Source of the DNA: Ophelia neglecta
Taxonomy: Eukaryota
Direction: 5' to 3'
DNA length: 64,000 nt
Assembly (NCBI GenBank): GCA_965285935.1
Contig: OZ260665.1
Location: forward strand, 83,266,001 to 83,330,000
This document shows, one piece after another, positions 1 to 13,126 of the stretch. A program made the translations under genes and the position numbers. The notes beneath the pieces were generated by a model. The model was not told the DNA's origin. It did no database searches and worked only from the letters and a program-made list of their open reading frames with translations. Numbering within the stretch: position 1 is the first letter of the stretch; each line of letters begins with the position of its first letter.

Positions 1-1649
1 ATCGTGAGGAAGGCTGTACACATAGGGCTCCAGGCTGAATGGGGGGCTGGAAAGCACGACTTGCTGAGGGGTCACAAAGCGACTGTCAACCCACACAAAC
101 CTGTCCAACTCCAGGCGCTGCAACTCATCCAAGATTTCGCCAGTGCGTGCATTTTTTTTAAGAAATTCATATATCCTTTGCACAATCAACATTGCTGGGG
201 CTCTCATTTCATTGCAGTAGCACTCTGTCAGATTCTTCAGATGTCTCAATACAGTTTGTAGCATAGCTGAGTTCCAGTGAAAAGCCTTCCCAATTGTGGC
301 TAGCTGGGCATCATCAACAGACACTAAAGGCTGAACAGAGCCCACGATGGGAGCAAAGCGAGCTGCTATGACCTGATCAGGTCTGGCAATAGGACGGTCA
401 CGGCCAGCCCAGGGAAGCTGGGGTGGGAAGTGATGACCAACTGGTGGCTGTTGCAGGACTGGAACCCAACATATTGCCGACAGCTCTTCCACAAGACTCC
501 TGTCAGACAACTTGCCTGGATGATTTGTTAGAAAAGTGATCAAAGCCTTTGCCTCCTTGACCAGGATATCTCCTTTCCTGTGTTTGCTTTCGATAAAACG
601 AGCCACTCGAAGGATGTCATTTGTGCCCACGTCTGACTTGCGTTTCAGACCTATTTTTTTCAGTGTTCCACAGTATTTACTGTTGACAATTTTGCCATGG
701 GGCAATTCATTCAACTTTTCAAACATTGCCTTCAGCACAGGGTCAGAGGGGTCAAACAATTCACATGGGGTGTGGAGAGAAGTGGAATCCCCAGTTTCAA
801 CAAATGGGATGTTTTTTAACAGAGCACAAAAGCCACTTTCTTGGGAAGACAACTTGGTTAGTTTTTCTAGAGTGTCACCCATTATACCTTTAACATGTTT
901 TTTCTGATATTTGCCTTGTTTAATGTAAGGTAATATGAACTCCATAAGAAAACTAGCTTCAGTCAAAACGCTCAAGTCAAGAAACCTAACTAGGATTCTA
1001 GTGGAGTCATCCGACATGGCAATAACGTCAGCAAAGATGGGGATGGGCCATGATGAGAGTGGCGCCACCACCTTGTCACCAGAGCTCGGCAGGTCGCTCC
1101 CCAGCAATTGGAATATTGGAAGACTACGAACCAATCTGACATAATCTTCCAAGACATCAATGCCTCTTGCGAAGAAGTTTCTGAGCTCAATCCTTTCATC
1201 TCTGGACATATTTTCTATTGCCGAGGTAACTTGTGGGGTGTAAATCAGACTTAAACACCTAGCGACGCCCCCTTGGTCTGCTCCCTGTACATATATCTTT
1301 ATTTCACGATGGTAAACCTCACCTGGAAGCTGCTCCACCACTGCGATCTTCACCTTCTCCAGTAGGCCAAGGACAGCCTGTGGCAAAATACGTCCTAATC
1401 TACTTCTCTCTATTACAGGGCGTTCTTTAGACAACATGGCGATTCTGTTGTTACCTGTTGGAACGAGATGCAATCCTGAAAAATCTGTCAGTCTTGTATA
1501 TGATTTTCTTATAAACTCCCACACTTGATCGAGCCACTGTTCATTGAACCGGGTTGTGAAAGGGATTGTCAGTTCAGGGGAATGATGCCAAATTTGGGCC
1601 AAAATTCGTGGGAATGTATCCACTGTAGACATCTGCAGCTGGGAACAAC
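1..1649 (-). CDS. Paralog A coding exon 6 (partial; absent from the ORF track)
   Basis: Acceptor tgtacag| at 1650. It reads GCSQLQMSTVDTFPRILAQIWHHS at its start and PPFSLEPYVYSLPHD at the window edge in the same frame, homologous to + exon 27938-29967. Confidence 0.85.
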
Positions 1650-4600
1650 CTGTACAAGTAATGGAATAATATGCTGTTAGAAATGAGCAGTGTTAAAAGG
1701 GACTGCCAGCGACAAAATATATTAAACCTTGAATACACCACTTGTCCTGTTCATATAAATCCTCCCCATCCAAGAAAAAGAAAGAATAGAAAAAAAAGTA
1801 AAGAAAGTTTTTGGCCTTCATGCAGATCGCATAAATTTCTTTATAAAACACCCCACCCTTACCACGCGTTACCAATTAGATGACCAAAACGTTTGCTACA
1901 CAACTGGTTTTATTTGAAACATTGCGAAAATCTTTCATGTCTAACAAACATTGTATTTTCTAAAGTATTTTTAACAAACTGGTCTTTTTTCACATGATAA
2001 GAAACAAATTCTTTTTGTTTTGGCCTATAAGCTACAAATTCAACAATTACCTGACTCTGCTAGTGATGTGAGTCGAGACGTTAGTTCATCTGGCAGACCG
2101 GCATGTACGAAATACGTTTCCGTCCCAGGCAGAAGCCTCATGATGTCCAAGTTGTCGATGTACACGGGACTAGATGTGCTTTGGGTGAAGGTTGTGAAGC
2201 TGCCATCAGCCAGAGGGAGAAGGTGATATATACCGGGCATCTCCTGGTGTGCTGCGTCTGATAGGACGTACTGGAGCAGGATGAGGCGATCTGCCTTCTT
2301 CAGTCGCTCAGTAAGGTTTTTGTATTTGTCCTCGTGTAACAGTGATCGTACTAGCTTTGAAGTACCTTCTTTAGCTTGTTTTCCAATTGCATTCACAAAG
2401 GAATCTCTAGCATGGGATGGTGGTTCAACATAAGGCTGTCCAGCTTCCAAAAGAATACTGCCAATGACCTTTCTTTCATTTTCAGACCAACGGGGAGATG
2501 CGAAAATCCCTTCAGACCAGTGTAACCACATTGGATTTGGAGCCTGTTTGAATAGCACAGCCTGCGAGGCCAGCAGTTTGAAGAACGATGGTAGGGCCGT
2601 TTGCCACATAGAGCCTTTTAGTGAGAGGTTTTCTGGGTCTGGAATGAGGCTGTATATCAGATTTGGGTCATATTTGGAGGTTCGGATCTGCTGCTGTATG
2701 CAAGACATAATCAGGTCCACCATTCCATAGGGTAGAACCTTCTCTAGTAAGAATTGGTTCCACAGCATTTCTGGGTCTGTCACTTCTTTCTGGTCTAGAC
2801 TGGGCCATTTTAGGTATCTTCAAAGTAAAGGAATATATATATTATAGCTGTATTATTATTATACACATTTCAAATCACACAAACTCTATTATCTATAATT
2901 AGCAGCCAGGGGGCTTCAGTGTTATGTGCCATTTTCATGAAAATTAAACCCCAAAACAGGGAAAAAAAGGGTCAAAATAGCACAAAATGGAAAAGTAGGG
3001 TGGGGGCTTATTAAGGCATAGGCTCTTATTCCAAAGAATATGGTAATTATTAAATCAGATGGATATCTATAAAAATTAGATTACATGCATCTTGGAAATC
3101 ATGACTTTTATTTTTAAGAATAATATCTTGTTTACCTTCTGCTCGGGTCTACAGCGAAGAACCCGCTAACATGCATGTTTAGCCCTGTGCGATTCTCTGG
3201 CACCAGAGGGAGTGGCAGAAAGCAGAACACGTGACCAGCCGGCTCTGAAGGGGGCGCCCCTAGCCTGACGGCAGTGCTGACCCAAGGCATGTGCTTGGCT
3301 CCAGGGTATTTGTCATGAATGGCTGACCACAGTTCACGACCACCTCCCAGATACTGGACGACCATCCATGACGTTTCTCGCCTCTCTTTGACCGCTCCTG
3401 CTTCATACTTCACTGTCTCTATAGACATGATATAGTCCACTTTGACAGGCTCTGCATTTTCGGATCGTATGTTTTGTTTGGTACATTGCAGGAATTGTTG
3501 TCTGCCTTTCCTTACTGATGAAAGGCTGTTTAAGGTTATCTCGATTGTGAGCAGCGCCTGAGGTTTTCCATTTGGTTTTCTCTCATAAATATCAATTTTC
3601 TCAACGTTCTTGAGAAAGAGTAGAGACATTTCCGACTCCACAGACAGTGAGTCTAGAAGCAGTCGCACCTTTCTGTCGTCATACAGGTTGTCAGAGAGCA
3701 ATGACTTATGCTCTTCACACCGCAGTGGGAACCTGAACACTGTGCCCGGGAAATAGGCCCCAGTGGTACCAAGGGAGCTATTGGGAAATAACTCGGACTG
3801 AAAAGGAGTTAGCTTTGACGTCTCAACATCCCGCAAGTCCCAGCCCATAGCAGACATCCACGATTGCCTTCCCCGCTCATCTACATCATAGAACAGATTT
3901 TCCTGCGGATCAACCGCCCCAATGCCATTTCCACTGAGGACCTCAGGCAAATCTGAAGAAGAAAACAGTGTAGATACCTGCCGGCAATGAAATTTCGAAA
4001 ATGGCGCTTAATCATAAATCATCATTGCTGCGATAAAAAATATGATATTTGAATTTATTTAACAAAACATAAGTATAACAATTACATGAGTTTAACCATT
4101 AAAACGCCGTTTGAGACGCAAAGAAGCTGATACATTACATTAAATAACCTCGAATAATCAGCCATTTTGAAAATCGTGGACGTAGTTTATAGGTGGCTTA
4201 AATGGGAACCTTAACTCAAACTAAGCTTAAAAGTAGAATTATAAAAGGTAATGTTCTTTTCTTTATTTTTGTTCTTCTACATTTGCCAAATTTTGTTGGT
4301 TAGACGGCTTTATTACGGTTTGGTTCTCTGTTTTGCATGAATGGAGTGTATCAAATAGATAGGACCCCTCAGTTAAACACGTAACAAGTAGCTTGTAAAT
4401 AAATTAGAGAAACAAACCATCGCTAGGCATAAGATTGATTAACAAAAACAGAATCTCTCAAATTCAATTAATCTCGATTCTTGAACTGTTTTCCTGCAGA
4501 CAAGGAACAGGCTGGGCTTGACTTTAGTAGTAAACAAGTTAACCCTTTGAGTGTTAGTCCAAAGAATATTCTCTCCAACAAAGAGGAAAATATCAAATGC

Positions 4601-7600
4601 TTCAGCAATGGATGAGCAAATGGACAAACAATCCTCCAGACTCACATTTTAGTGATATGCAATGAATCAATTTATTTACCTCTTTTTACATACCTGTGAT
4701 ATGGAATACCGACTTGAAGCCAAGTCCAAATCTGCCGACTTTCATTTTGTCTGTCGCCTTCTTGCTCTCGTGTAGACGAAGAATATTCTCCCAGTCATCT
4801 TTGGTAAAAACTGCATCATTGTAAGCAAACAATGCTGGCCCCTGTCGACAGACAATGATAAAAAACAAGGGTAGAACCTAGCCACATAATGTTATATTAA
4901 ACAAGGCTGGGATGTAGCCGGAGAATAGTGTAATGAACAAGGCTGGAAACCTAGGCTGGAGATATTACAACAGACTGTGCTTGGCTCTAGAAGTAAATGT
5001 TAGAATACACAAAACTGGAACCTAGACACCGAATACGACACTAAGCAAGAGATTGTTAAATAAATATTACAACATTTGGTATATTTAAATTAGCCACAGG
5101 TGAAGTCAAACAAAAGGGCATCCTATCAGTGGTCAAAACATTTTTAACATGCATTTCTTACCCTGTTATACCATCACATGGCACCAATGTGTTTCCTATT
5201 TGGACCGTAAAATAGGCAAAAGAATATAAAGATTAACGTCACTAGCAGATTCAGGGCATAAATATGGATTCTGATTCAACAACAGATACAGAGGTTGGAA
5301 GTGACATCCCAGTTTCCGACATTTAAATCTCCCTCTTCGTGTTTATAAATGTTAACTATATGAATCATCATAAAAATCAAATAAATTTGATTTAAATAAA
5401 AAAATCCGATTTAAATCAAATAAATCTAATTTTTTTGATGTTTTTTTTTTAAATCATGATTTTTAACAACCCTGCAATAAAGTGAGAGTCTTTACATTTA
5501 TTGTACATGAATATTGTGTATTTGTGTAGTAGAACATGGTGCTCATCCAATCATAATATAGTAATAGTGATGAAGAAGTCAAGGTCAAATTCAAGGTCAT
5601 TAGTAGTTTGCTTGCGTATGGGTTTTTAGTCTGGCATCACATTGGGACTAAAAATCATTTTAATCTTAGTTTTCTCTTTACGAGCTGGAAAAATATCAAT
5701 TTCAAATTAAAGTTCATCAAGGCCAGTAGATTCAATGGAATTTTGATTAGAAGTTAATAAAGGAATGAAGTCTCTTAAGCAACGCGGCATTTGGAAAGTC
5801 AGTTGTAACAAAAGGTGAATCACATTTTAATTGGATTTATGCATTAAGAATAGTCGTCTGTTGTGAAGTTAAGATTCTGTATTCCCACTACAGTAGTATT
5901 GAAAAAGTATAGCATATTGTAATTATATAACTTATCTATGCATGTGGTGTCCTATATTAGGCATATTATACTGATATGACTTGTCACCTACTCTTGTTAA
6001 TATCAATTGTTGTATATAGGGACATGCGAGTATGCAATTGTTGTATGCGAGAGGGGGATATGTACATTGGAGTGGGTGTGATGTGCGTGTGTGTGTGGGG
6101 GGGGGGGGTGGGGGGGTGGGGGTGTGTGTTAAATATATGTATGTATATGTGTGTATGTGTGAGTTTATATATGTCTATGTATGTCTTGCTCTCCAGAAAG
6201 TGGAGGATAATAAAACAATAATAATAAAAAATTCATGACGTCTGGATACAAACAAATGACCATTCAGTCTTAAAAAAAGAAAGGTGGGCTTTGCAATCTA
6301 ATGATACAAATAGATGCCTCTTATCTCACCTGTGTAAGTAGTGTATGTTTCTGGTACCTGGTGTGCTTAGTTCACAGGAAGGGGACACCAAAAACTCCCC
6401 CAATGACAGTTCGGAAAAAATAGGGATCTACTGGTAAATCATATTACTTAGTATGTAGTATGACTTAACCTCCCAAATACACAAATGTATACTTTCCCCT
6501 ATTTAATAAAAGAATCTGATCACTTACTTGATATTTGTCCAGTTTTGGGTGTAGAAGGTTTGAAGGCGACTTGCCATGTTGTGTTTGGTCGTATAGGAAT
6601 ACTACTCTGGAGGCATTGGCATCATCAGCATTCTGTATCAGCTCCTATAAAAGCATACTACTTCTGATTATATCATCCAATATTATCGTGCAGGGAAATA
6701 GGAAGCGACGGTGTAGCTCCCATTTTCATTGATGTGTGCTATAAGTTGAAACAACCCAAGCATCAACATTAAACACTCGAGCCCCTTGAATGGCAAGTAA
6801 TGAGGGTAACCGATGGAGAGTACATTCAGGGGCTCATTCAGAGGCAGGTCAGAACATGGGGCCGCCTTGGTCTAAAGTGACAAAATGAAAACAGCAAAGT
6901 TGGCAGTACCAACGAGAAACACTTAATAATAAATTATTTAATCCGATTAGTCCTTCCTCCCACCCTTCAGGGGGGGGGGGGGGATTTGGGGCACATGGTG
7001 AGTTTAGGTATGCTCCGCTGTATAGGTATATATTTGTTGTTGATTTTTTTTTATCAAGAGGACATCTTTTTCGCAATATTGCATTCAAATGGCTCCCTTT
7101 TTCAATAAAAGTCTATCAAACGGGTCATCACATTTAGACATACTCATGGCAAAAGGGTTTTTTTGTTTTTCGCTTTTATTTACTAAATTGATTCTTTCAG
7201 ATCATAAAAATTGCCTAAAGGTATGATTCACATTCAATAACACTGACATTGCTGTATCTTCTTTGAATGTGAGTCCAATGATTTCAACCAGTATTCCAGT
7301 GCGACTGTGGAATCCCTTAGAAACTCATGGCAAATGCCGCATATAAACTATCGCTGATTGAGAAATATATCTAAAAAAGGATAGCTTTGTGGGGGCTCAT
7401 CTCATTGACCCCTGATTTTAACCCTGCCCCCCCCCCCCGGGGCGGGGGGAGGGGGGCACTCAGTCTGGAAATTGGTACATATGTGCCACCCATCTTCAAA
7501 TCACAGGCGCAGACTCTACAAAATTGCTGAAAACAGGGGTTGTTATTCTAAATTTCAGCCAGATATAGAGGTCAAAATTCTATAGTTCAACCAAATATAG

Positions 7601-8133
7601 GGGTCGAAATTCTACATTTATATTATGGTATTATATCATTTATATTATAATGTCTAAAGTCGTACGTATGCTAAAAACAGGGGTCGAAATTCTATATGTA
7701 GGTAAAAAAAAGGGGGTCGAAATTCTACATCAGTCGAAAAAGGGGGGTCGAAACGTCGGCAAATATGTATTAACCTCTGTATACAGAGTGGCCCCCCCCC
7801 CCCGGGAACCCTGTTTGCAGCATCATGCCCCATAATACAGAAATGATCCCAGCACCTACCTGGGAGTCCCTGAATGGGATGATTTCCTAGAAGTAATTAA
7901 TACATCGATGTATGCCGATTTTGTATCCACAAACAGCCAGAAGCCATTAATATTACACTCTCTTCAAATAAGATGGAATAAGAGTATAAGAGTCCCTTAA
8001 AATCCTTCGTAGCTAGGATTACCTTAAGAATCTGGCCGCTGTCCTCATACTGGTTTAGGATGCTCTTTATCTGTGTGCACAGCGATGGGGGTCGAAGACC
8101 TTTCCGGAACACATCCATGCCCTCTAGTGACAT
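1..8133 (-). CDS. SACS: Sacsin-like protein, paralog A (5' part; runs off the left edge). Coding exons 8133-8023, 6644-6528, 4841-4694, 3952-3136, 2817-2051, 1649-<1
   Basis: The spliced translation gives sacsin repeat region motifs ELIQNADDA, GPALFAYND, VGRFGLGFKSVFHITD, GTVFRFPLR, SLLFLKNV and GHVFCFLPLP..HVSGFF. All introns are GT-AG with compatible phases (0,0,1,2,1). It is exon-for-exon homologous to the + strand gene. The symbol denotes the family; orthology to vertebrate SACS is not shown. Confidence 0.9.
2051..2817 (-). CDS. Paralog A coding exon 5
   Basis: YLKWPSLDQKEVTDPEMLWNQFLLE...; AG at 2819-2818, GT at 2050-2049; homologous to 26063-26823. Confidence 0.9.
3136..3952 (-). CDS. 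Paralog A coding exon 4
   Basis: DLPEVLSG...GTVFRFPLR...FCFLPLP...VDPSRR with splice sites on both sides; homologous to 25060-25888. Confidence 0.92.
4694..4841 (-). CDS. Paralog A coding exon 3 (GHKL G-box region)
   Basis: GPALFAYNDAVFTKDDWENILRLHESKKATDKMKVGRFGLGFKSVFHIT; 148 nt, the same length as paralog B exon 3. Confidence 0.92.
4827..5060 (-). repeat. Degenerate 36-bp tandem array built from the exon-3 splice acceptor of paralog A
   Basis: The motif aaacaa(t/g)gctgg..cct(a/g)g recurs at ~4827, 4863, 4899, 4935, 4972, 5007 and (weakly) 5043; the first copy is the real exon start. Confidence 0.6.
6528..6644 (-). CDS. Paralog A coding exon 2 (GHKL N-box)
   Basis: ttatag|ELIQNADDANASRVVFLYDQTQHGKSPSNLLHPKLDKYQ|gtaagt; 117 nt, as in paralog B. 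Confidence 0.92.
7437..7806. mobile_element. Probable MITE with CCCGG(G)n-CACTC type inverted ends and internal GGGGTCGAAATTCTA repeats
   Basis: Left end ccgggg..ggggggcactc, right end gagtggccccccccccggg; several internal copies of ggggtcgaaattcta; non-coding. Confidence 0.5.
8023..8133 (-). CDS. Paralog A first coding exon
   Basis: MSLEGMDVFRKGLRPPSLCTQIKSILNQYEDSGQILK|gtaatc; an acceptor-like ttacag lies just upstream of the ATG, implying an unlocated 5'UTR exon. Confidence 0.88.
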
Positions 8134-9049
8134 GGTCTGTAACTAACAAAAACAAACTAAAAATTGATCACGAAAGAAGCTGAAGCAAAATCCCTTAAAT
8201 AGAAAACTTATCAATAGTGTGGCCAAAACAGAAATAAAAATAGCTTCAGTAAGAAACATTGGGAACTGATAGGGCGTGTAAGTGATGTCATCAAAAAAGT
8301 GTTTCATGTTTTAATACATTGAAGCAAGTCTAGTTTTGATACAAGGTGGACCCAGACATAGGGATTTTACCATAGGTTCAAATTAAACCAGTCATTGCAT
8401 CTTTAATAGGTACCAGAAACATACCATTCTCATACAGTTGGTCTAGAACAGGTAATGGCGTCTGATGATATCGTTGAATTGCATAGGCCACCCTTTTTTT
8501 TAAATTTGATAAAAGTTTTCCAAACCTGATTTGGCATTTGATAGCAACCAGGCGACATGTATAACAAGGGCCAAAAGGCCTCAACAATGGAATTACGGGG
8601 CCAGGCAGAGGGTTTGTCTAGGTAGAGTACATAGCAGCAACTAAGTATATGCAGTAAGCCATAATTGTACTGAGTTTAGCGGTCTGATTTTTGCGGTCTG
8701 ATTTTACCGATCGGTCTGAGGTTACCGGTGACTGACCAGGGGCGTTACCACAGCTCCAAATGGACCAACACAGGTTTTTCTGGTGGTGGTTCGTAGATTT
8801 TGCGGTTCGAACTATGGAACAATCTTTTTGACAACTCAAGTTAAGTCAGCTAACAAAGGGGGTTCGGACGAACCCCCTGAACCCCCCGTATTTACGCCCT
8901 TGCTGACGAAGCACATGCTCGATAATTTAGCGGTGCATATATCTGCATGTAGGCTACACGATATGATGTGGAATTATAGGCCTAGGCCTACATGAAAGGG
9001 ATTCGTTAAACGGTTTATCAGAAATATTTTTAAAATGCAGCAAAAGAGT

Positions 9050-9139
9050 TGACGGCCTGACGCGGGTTCGAACACACGAGACCTAAAAGTAAACCTTCTG
9101 AACTGAGTCCTACGCCTTAACCACTACTCCACGTGGCAT
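9050..9139 (-). other. tRNA-derived sequence (SINE head or tRNA pseudogene)
   Basis: The minus strand reads GCCACGTGGAGTAGTGGTTAAGGCG...GTTCGAACCCGCG, with pol III A- and B-box-like motifs; I cannot fold a clean cloverleaf. Confidence 0.55.
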
Positions 9140-9390
9140 TACGGCGATCACTGTAGAATTTTACGATCATATACCAGCCTACACATAGGCTTCATGGGCT
9201 TTAAAGAAATAAATTGATTTGTTGTAGGTCCTATGCTGATAATACACAGATCCTGTTTGCACAGTGCTACTCATGGTTAAAGGTATGCTATGAATATCAT
9301 ACTACTTTTCTTTATTCACTATCCCCATGAAGCCTACAGACTTTCGGGGTGCACAAGGACAGAGCCGGGCGCACAATCGAAGTGTTATAA

Positions 9391-11473
9391 AACTAGATAG
9401 AACTCGATGTGGATAGAAGTCGACTTAAACAGTCGAGCGACGCCTAGCGGCGTCGCGTGGATGCCTCCGCCAAGAGTAAATCAGCGGACAAATTTTCAGG
9501 GAGAATTTGTCAGAAGCAGACTCACCTCAGATATGGAGAGCGAAAGTGAAGTGATGGACATTGCATGTTGCACTGTAGATTTTTTTTAAAAGTACAAAAT
9601 GTGGATGTTGCAAAGGAGTTTTTTATACAGAGTTATCTTGTTTTTCACTGGATTGTAAATGATTTCCTATTAGTGCTCAATACATATCATGAGCCTATCT
9701 CACTCTGTTAAGCTTCCACAAGGTCCTACATTAATGCATTTTTATTATTGGCCTCGGCGGCCATCTTGCTTTTCCGGCCTCCCAAAACCTTTTCAGCACA
9801 CTGCAATCTCCCAATGATGACTTCTGTCAAGTTTCAGAATAATCCCTGCATCCGTTCGGGAGATTTCGCCCGACAAACGGACCTTAACTGATGAGCCGTG
9901 GCGGCGCCATCTTGTTTTTCCGATCAGTCCGAAAACAATTGGAAATGATCCTCTGCTAGCCATAAGAAACTTCCATGAAGACACAAGTGAATTCCTCAGA
10001 GCCCTGAAGAGTAATAGCAATTCAATATGCCTATCTCTCACCATTAAGATTTGACCTTGAAAAATAAAACCAAGGTGAAATTCAAGGTCACCACTGGATT
10101 CCTTGTATATGATTTCCTATTAGTGTTCAATACATATTATGTGCCTATCTCACCCTGTAAAGCTTCCACAAGACCCCCCATTAATGCACTTTTTAATTAT
10201 TGCCCTGGCAGCCATCTTTTTTTCCGATCTTGCCCAAAACCTTTTCAGCACACTGCCAATGATGACTTCTGTGAAGTTTCATAATAATCCCTGCATCCGT
10301 TCGAGAGATTTCGCCCAACAAACGAACCTTACCTGATGATTCGTGGCGGCCATCTTGTTTTTTTGATCGGTCCGAAAACTATATGAAATGATCCTCTGCT
10401 TGCCATAACAAGCTTCCATGAAGACACAAGCGAATTCCTCAGAGCCCTGAATAGTTATAGCAATTCAATATGCCTATCTCTCACCGTTAAGATTTGACCT
10501 TGAAAAATAAAACCAAGGTGAAATTCAAGGTCACCACTGGATTCCTTGTATATAATTTCCTATTAGTGTTCAATACATAATATGTGCCTATCTTTACCCA
10601 TTAAGCTTCCACAAGACCCCCCGTTAATGCATTTTTTAGTTATTGCCCTGGCGGCCATCTTGTTTTTCCGATCTTGCCCAAAACCTTTTCAGCACACCGC
10701 AATCTCCCAATGATGACTTCTGTGAAGTTTCAAAATAATCCCTGCATCCGTTCGAGAGATTTTACCCGACATACGAACCTAACCCGATGAGTCGTGGTGG
10801 CCATCTTGTTTTTCTGATCTGTCCGAAAACAATATGAAATGATCCTCTGCTAGACATAACAAACTTCTATGAAGCCACAAGTGTATTTCTCAAAGCCCTG
10901 AAGAGTTTTAGCGATTCAATATGCCTATCTCTCATTGTTAAGATTTGACCTTGAAAAATATAACCAAGGTGAAATTCAAGGTCACCACTGGATTCCTTGT
11001 ATATGATTTCCTATTAGTGTTCAATACATAATATGTGCTTATCTCTAACCCGTTAAGCTTCCACAAGACCCCCCGTTAATGCATTTTTTAATTCTTGCCC
11101 TGGCGGCCATCTTGTTTTTACGATCTCGCCCAAAACCTTTTCAGCACACCGCAATCTCCCATTTATGACTTCTGTAAAGTTTCGGAATAATCCTTGCATC
11201 CGTTCGAGAGATTTCGCCCGACATACGAACCTTACCTGATGTGACGTGGCGGCCATCTTGTTTTTCCGATCGGTCCGAAAACAATATGAAATGATCCCCT
11301 GCTAGCCATAACAAACTTCCATGAAGCCACAAGTGTATTTCTCCAATCCCTGAGGAGTTATAGCGGTTCAAAGTGGCAAAGGACGGTCGGTCGGACGGAC
11401 GGTCGGTCGGACGGACGGACGGACAACCCGACTACATAATGCCTCCGGACCCTTCGGGGCGGAGGCATAAAAA
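9391..11473 (+). mobile_element. Helentron-associated non-autonomous element (HINE/DINE-like) with ~4 internal ~450-bp tandem units
   Basis: Begins AACTAGA; 5' sub-terminal ATGCCTCCGCC (9461) is the inverse of the 3' hairpin ATGCCTCCG..GGCGGAGGCAT, followed by AAAAA. A (GGAC/GGTC)n microsatellite precedes the hairpin. Unit anchor GATTTCCTATTAGTG at 9661, 10111, 10554 and 11005; GGCGGCCATCTT motifs throughout. Confidence 0.8.
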
Positions 11474-13079
11474 GTTAAAACGACAAGACGAAAACTTAAC
11501 AACGATTCTAAGATGACATATTATGCAGAAAAGTAACATTAAAATAAAAGGGAATGATAAGAATCACCGTTTCAACTTAAGAACTATTTTCTCATGGTCA
11601 ATCGCACCAAAAAGCGGTGATGCAACGGAGCTCTTCGCTATGAAGATAAGGAATGGTGCATTTGAAATCCAGCCTCACCGTAAATGGCATTACTCCCAGT
11701 CAGGTGACAAACATGACAAAGAACTTTATTTCCTTTTTTGGCTTCCATCATGTAAATTGGGATTCACACGTGTTTTCGCGGTTATAAGCAGACAGGAAAT
11801 TGCGGAGTGATATTCAGGAGAGGCAACATTTTTTTTCTTTTTTCCATTTTCCCCAATGTTTTGTATACTTTCATAATCTAAGAACAACTTATTAAAAAGA
11901 TTAATCATTGACATTTAATATGGAAAAAATTATGATGATTCTGCACTTTCACGCGATCTACCAAGGCAGCGTGACTCGCGAATGTCTCCAGACTACCCGC
12001 TTGAAGTAGGCTTCAGCATTTAGTAGTTTACAGGATATAGTAAAGTAGCATAGAGGGTAGTCTGTAAACCAGACCGATCATATACATAAATGTGTCACTA
12101 AGTGCTCTTAGTAATAACAATAAATCTACTTTATTCACTATGTAGGCTTTTTTGATTATTGATTTTTGATTATTGATTCATATTTTTTCGACAAGCATTC
12201 TATCATAGGGGTAATTCACCAGTGAAGTTTAGAGCACACAGCTTCCCCCTAAAGATCAGCTTCTTCACGTGGTTTCCAACGTATCATTTCACAATAGATA
12301 CGCCTACCCAATGAAAGATAGCGACACCAATTCTTTTAACTGCAATAGCCACCACATGGCCACAACAAAGGGCAGTCACACGCAGTGCGAACGACAAGGC
12401 ATCATGTGACTGGGAAGTAGCGCCATTTTCTCCTAGGCCAGTCCGTCCCACGTACACCCCGGATTAGTCTTATGATCTAAAACCCAGGTGCATGTGAGCA
12501 ATGAAACTAGCTTCAAGATGTTAAAAGCAACAGTCTGATAAATGGTAAATTTCGCCGTCCATGCAAGCCGTCTAAAACAACCTGCTAATCTCCTTCACCG
12601 GTAAAAGTGTTTCTTATATAAACCTAAAATAGGTCACAAGCTTTAATAATTTGATACCGATGTGACATAATACCCAAGTGTAGACAGACTGAACACACAG
12701 CAGATTATTTTTAAGGCACACGGCATCAAGCTACACAGAAAAGTAGGAGCGGTTCGAGGCTAGTACTACGTCATCGAAAATCGCCAAAGATCAGATTTCT
12801 GACTGCTGTAGAAGGTCTTCGAGGGCAAGCCCCGAATTCCAAAAACGTGTTTCAACTTATGTTACCACCGACAACACACCCTATGATGAATATGGTCGAT
12901 TTCTTAAAGGAAATGATTAAGCAAGCATGTCCAATTCAGTTTTCATGAATTTGACAAATGTTTATATATCGGGGAGGGGGCTATTGGTGGTGAGAGGGAG
13001 GTCTGGTAGTGAATCGTACACTTCGAGAGGCAATCTAATTAACGCTAATATGTACAGATGCATGCAAATGTGTATGTAC

Positions 13080-13126
13080 ATATCTATCTATCTATCTATC
13101 TGTCGATCTATCGATCTATCGATCGA
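13080..13126. repeat. (ATCT)n/(ATCG)n microsatellite
   Basis: Direct inspection. Confidence 0.7.

Noticed and set aside
9050-9139. Functional tRNA gene
   Set aside because: A/B boxes are present, but the anticodon and acceptor stems do not pair convincingly.
9885-9915. CTGATGAG hammerhead-like core
   Set aside because: No GAAA after the putative stem II, and not conserved in the other array units.
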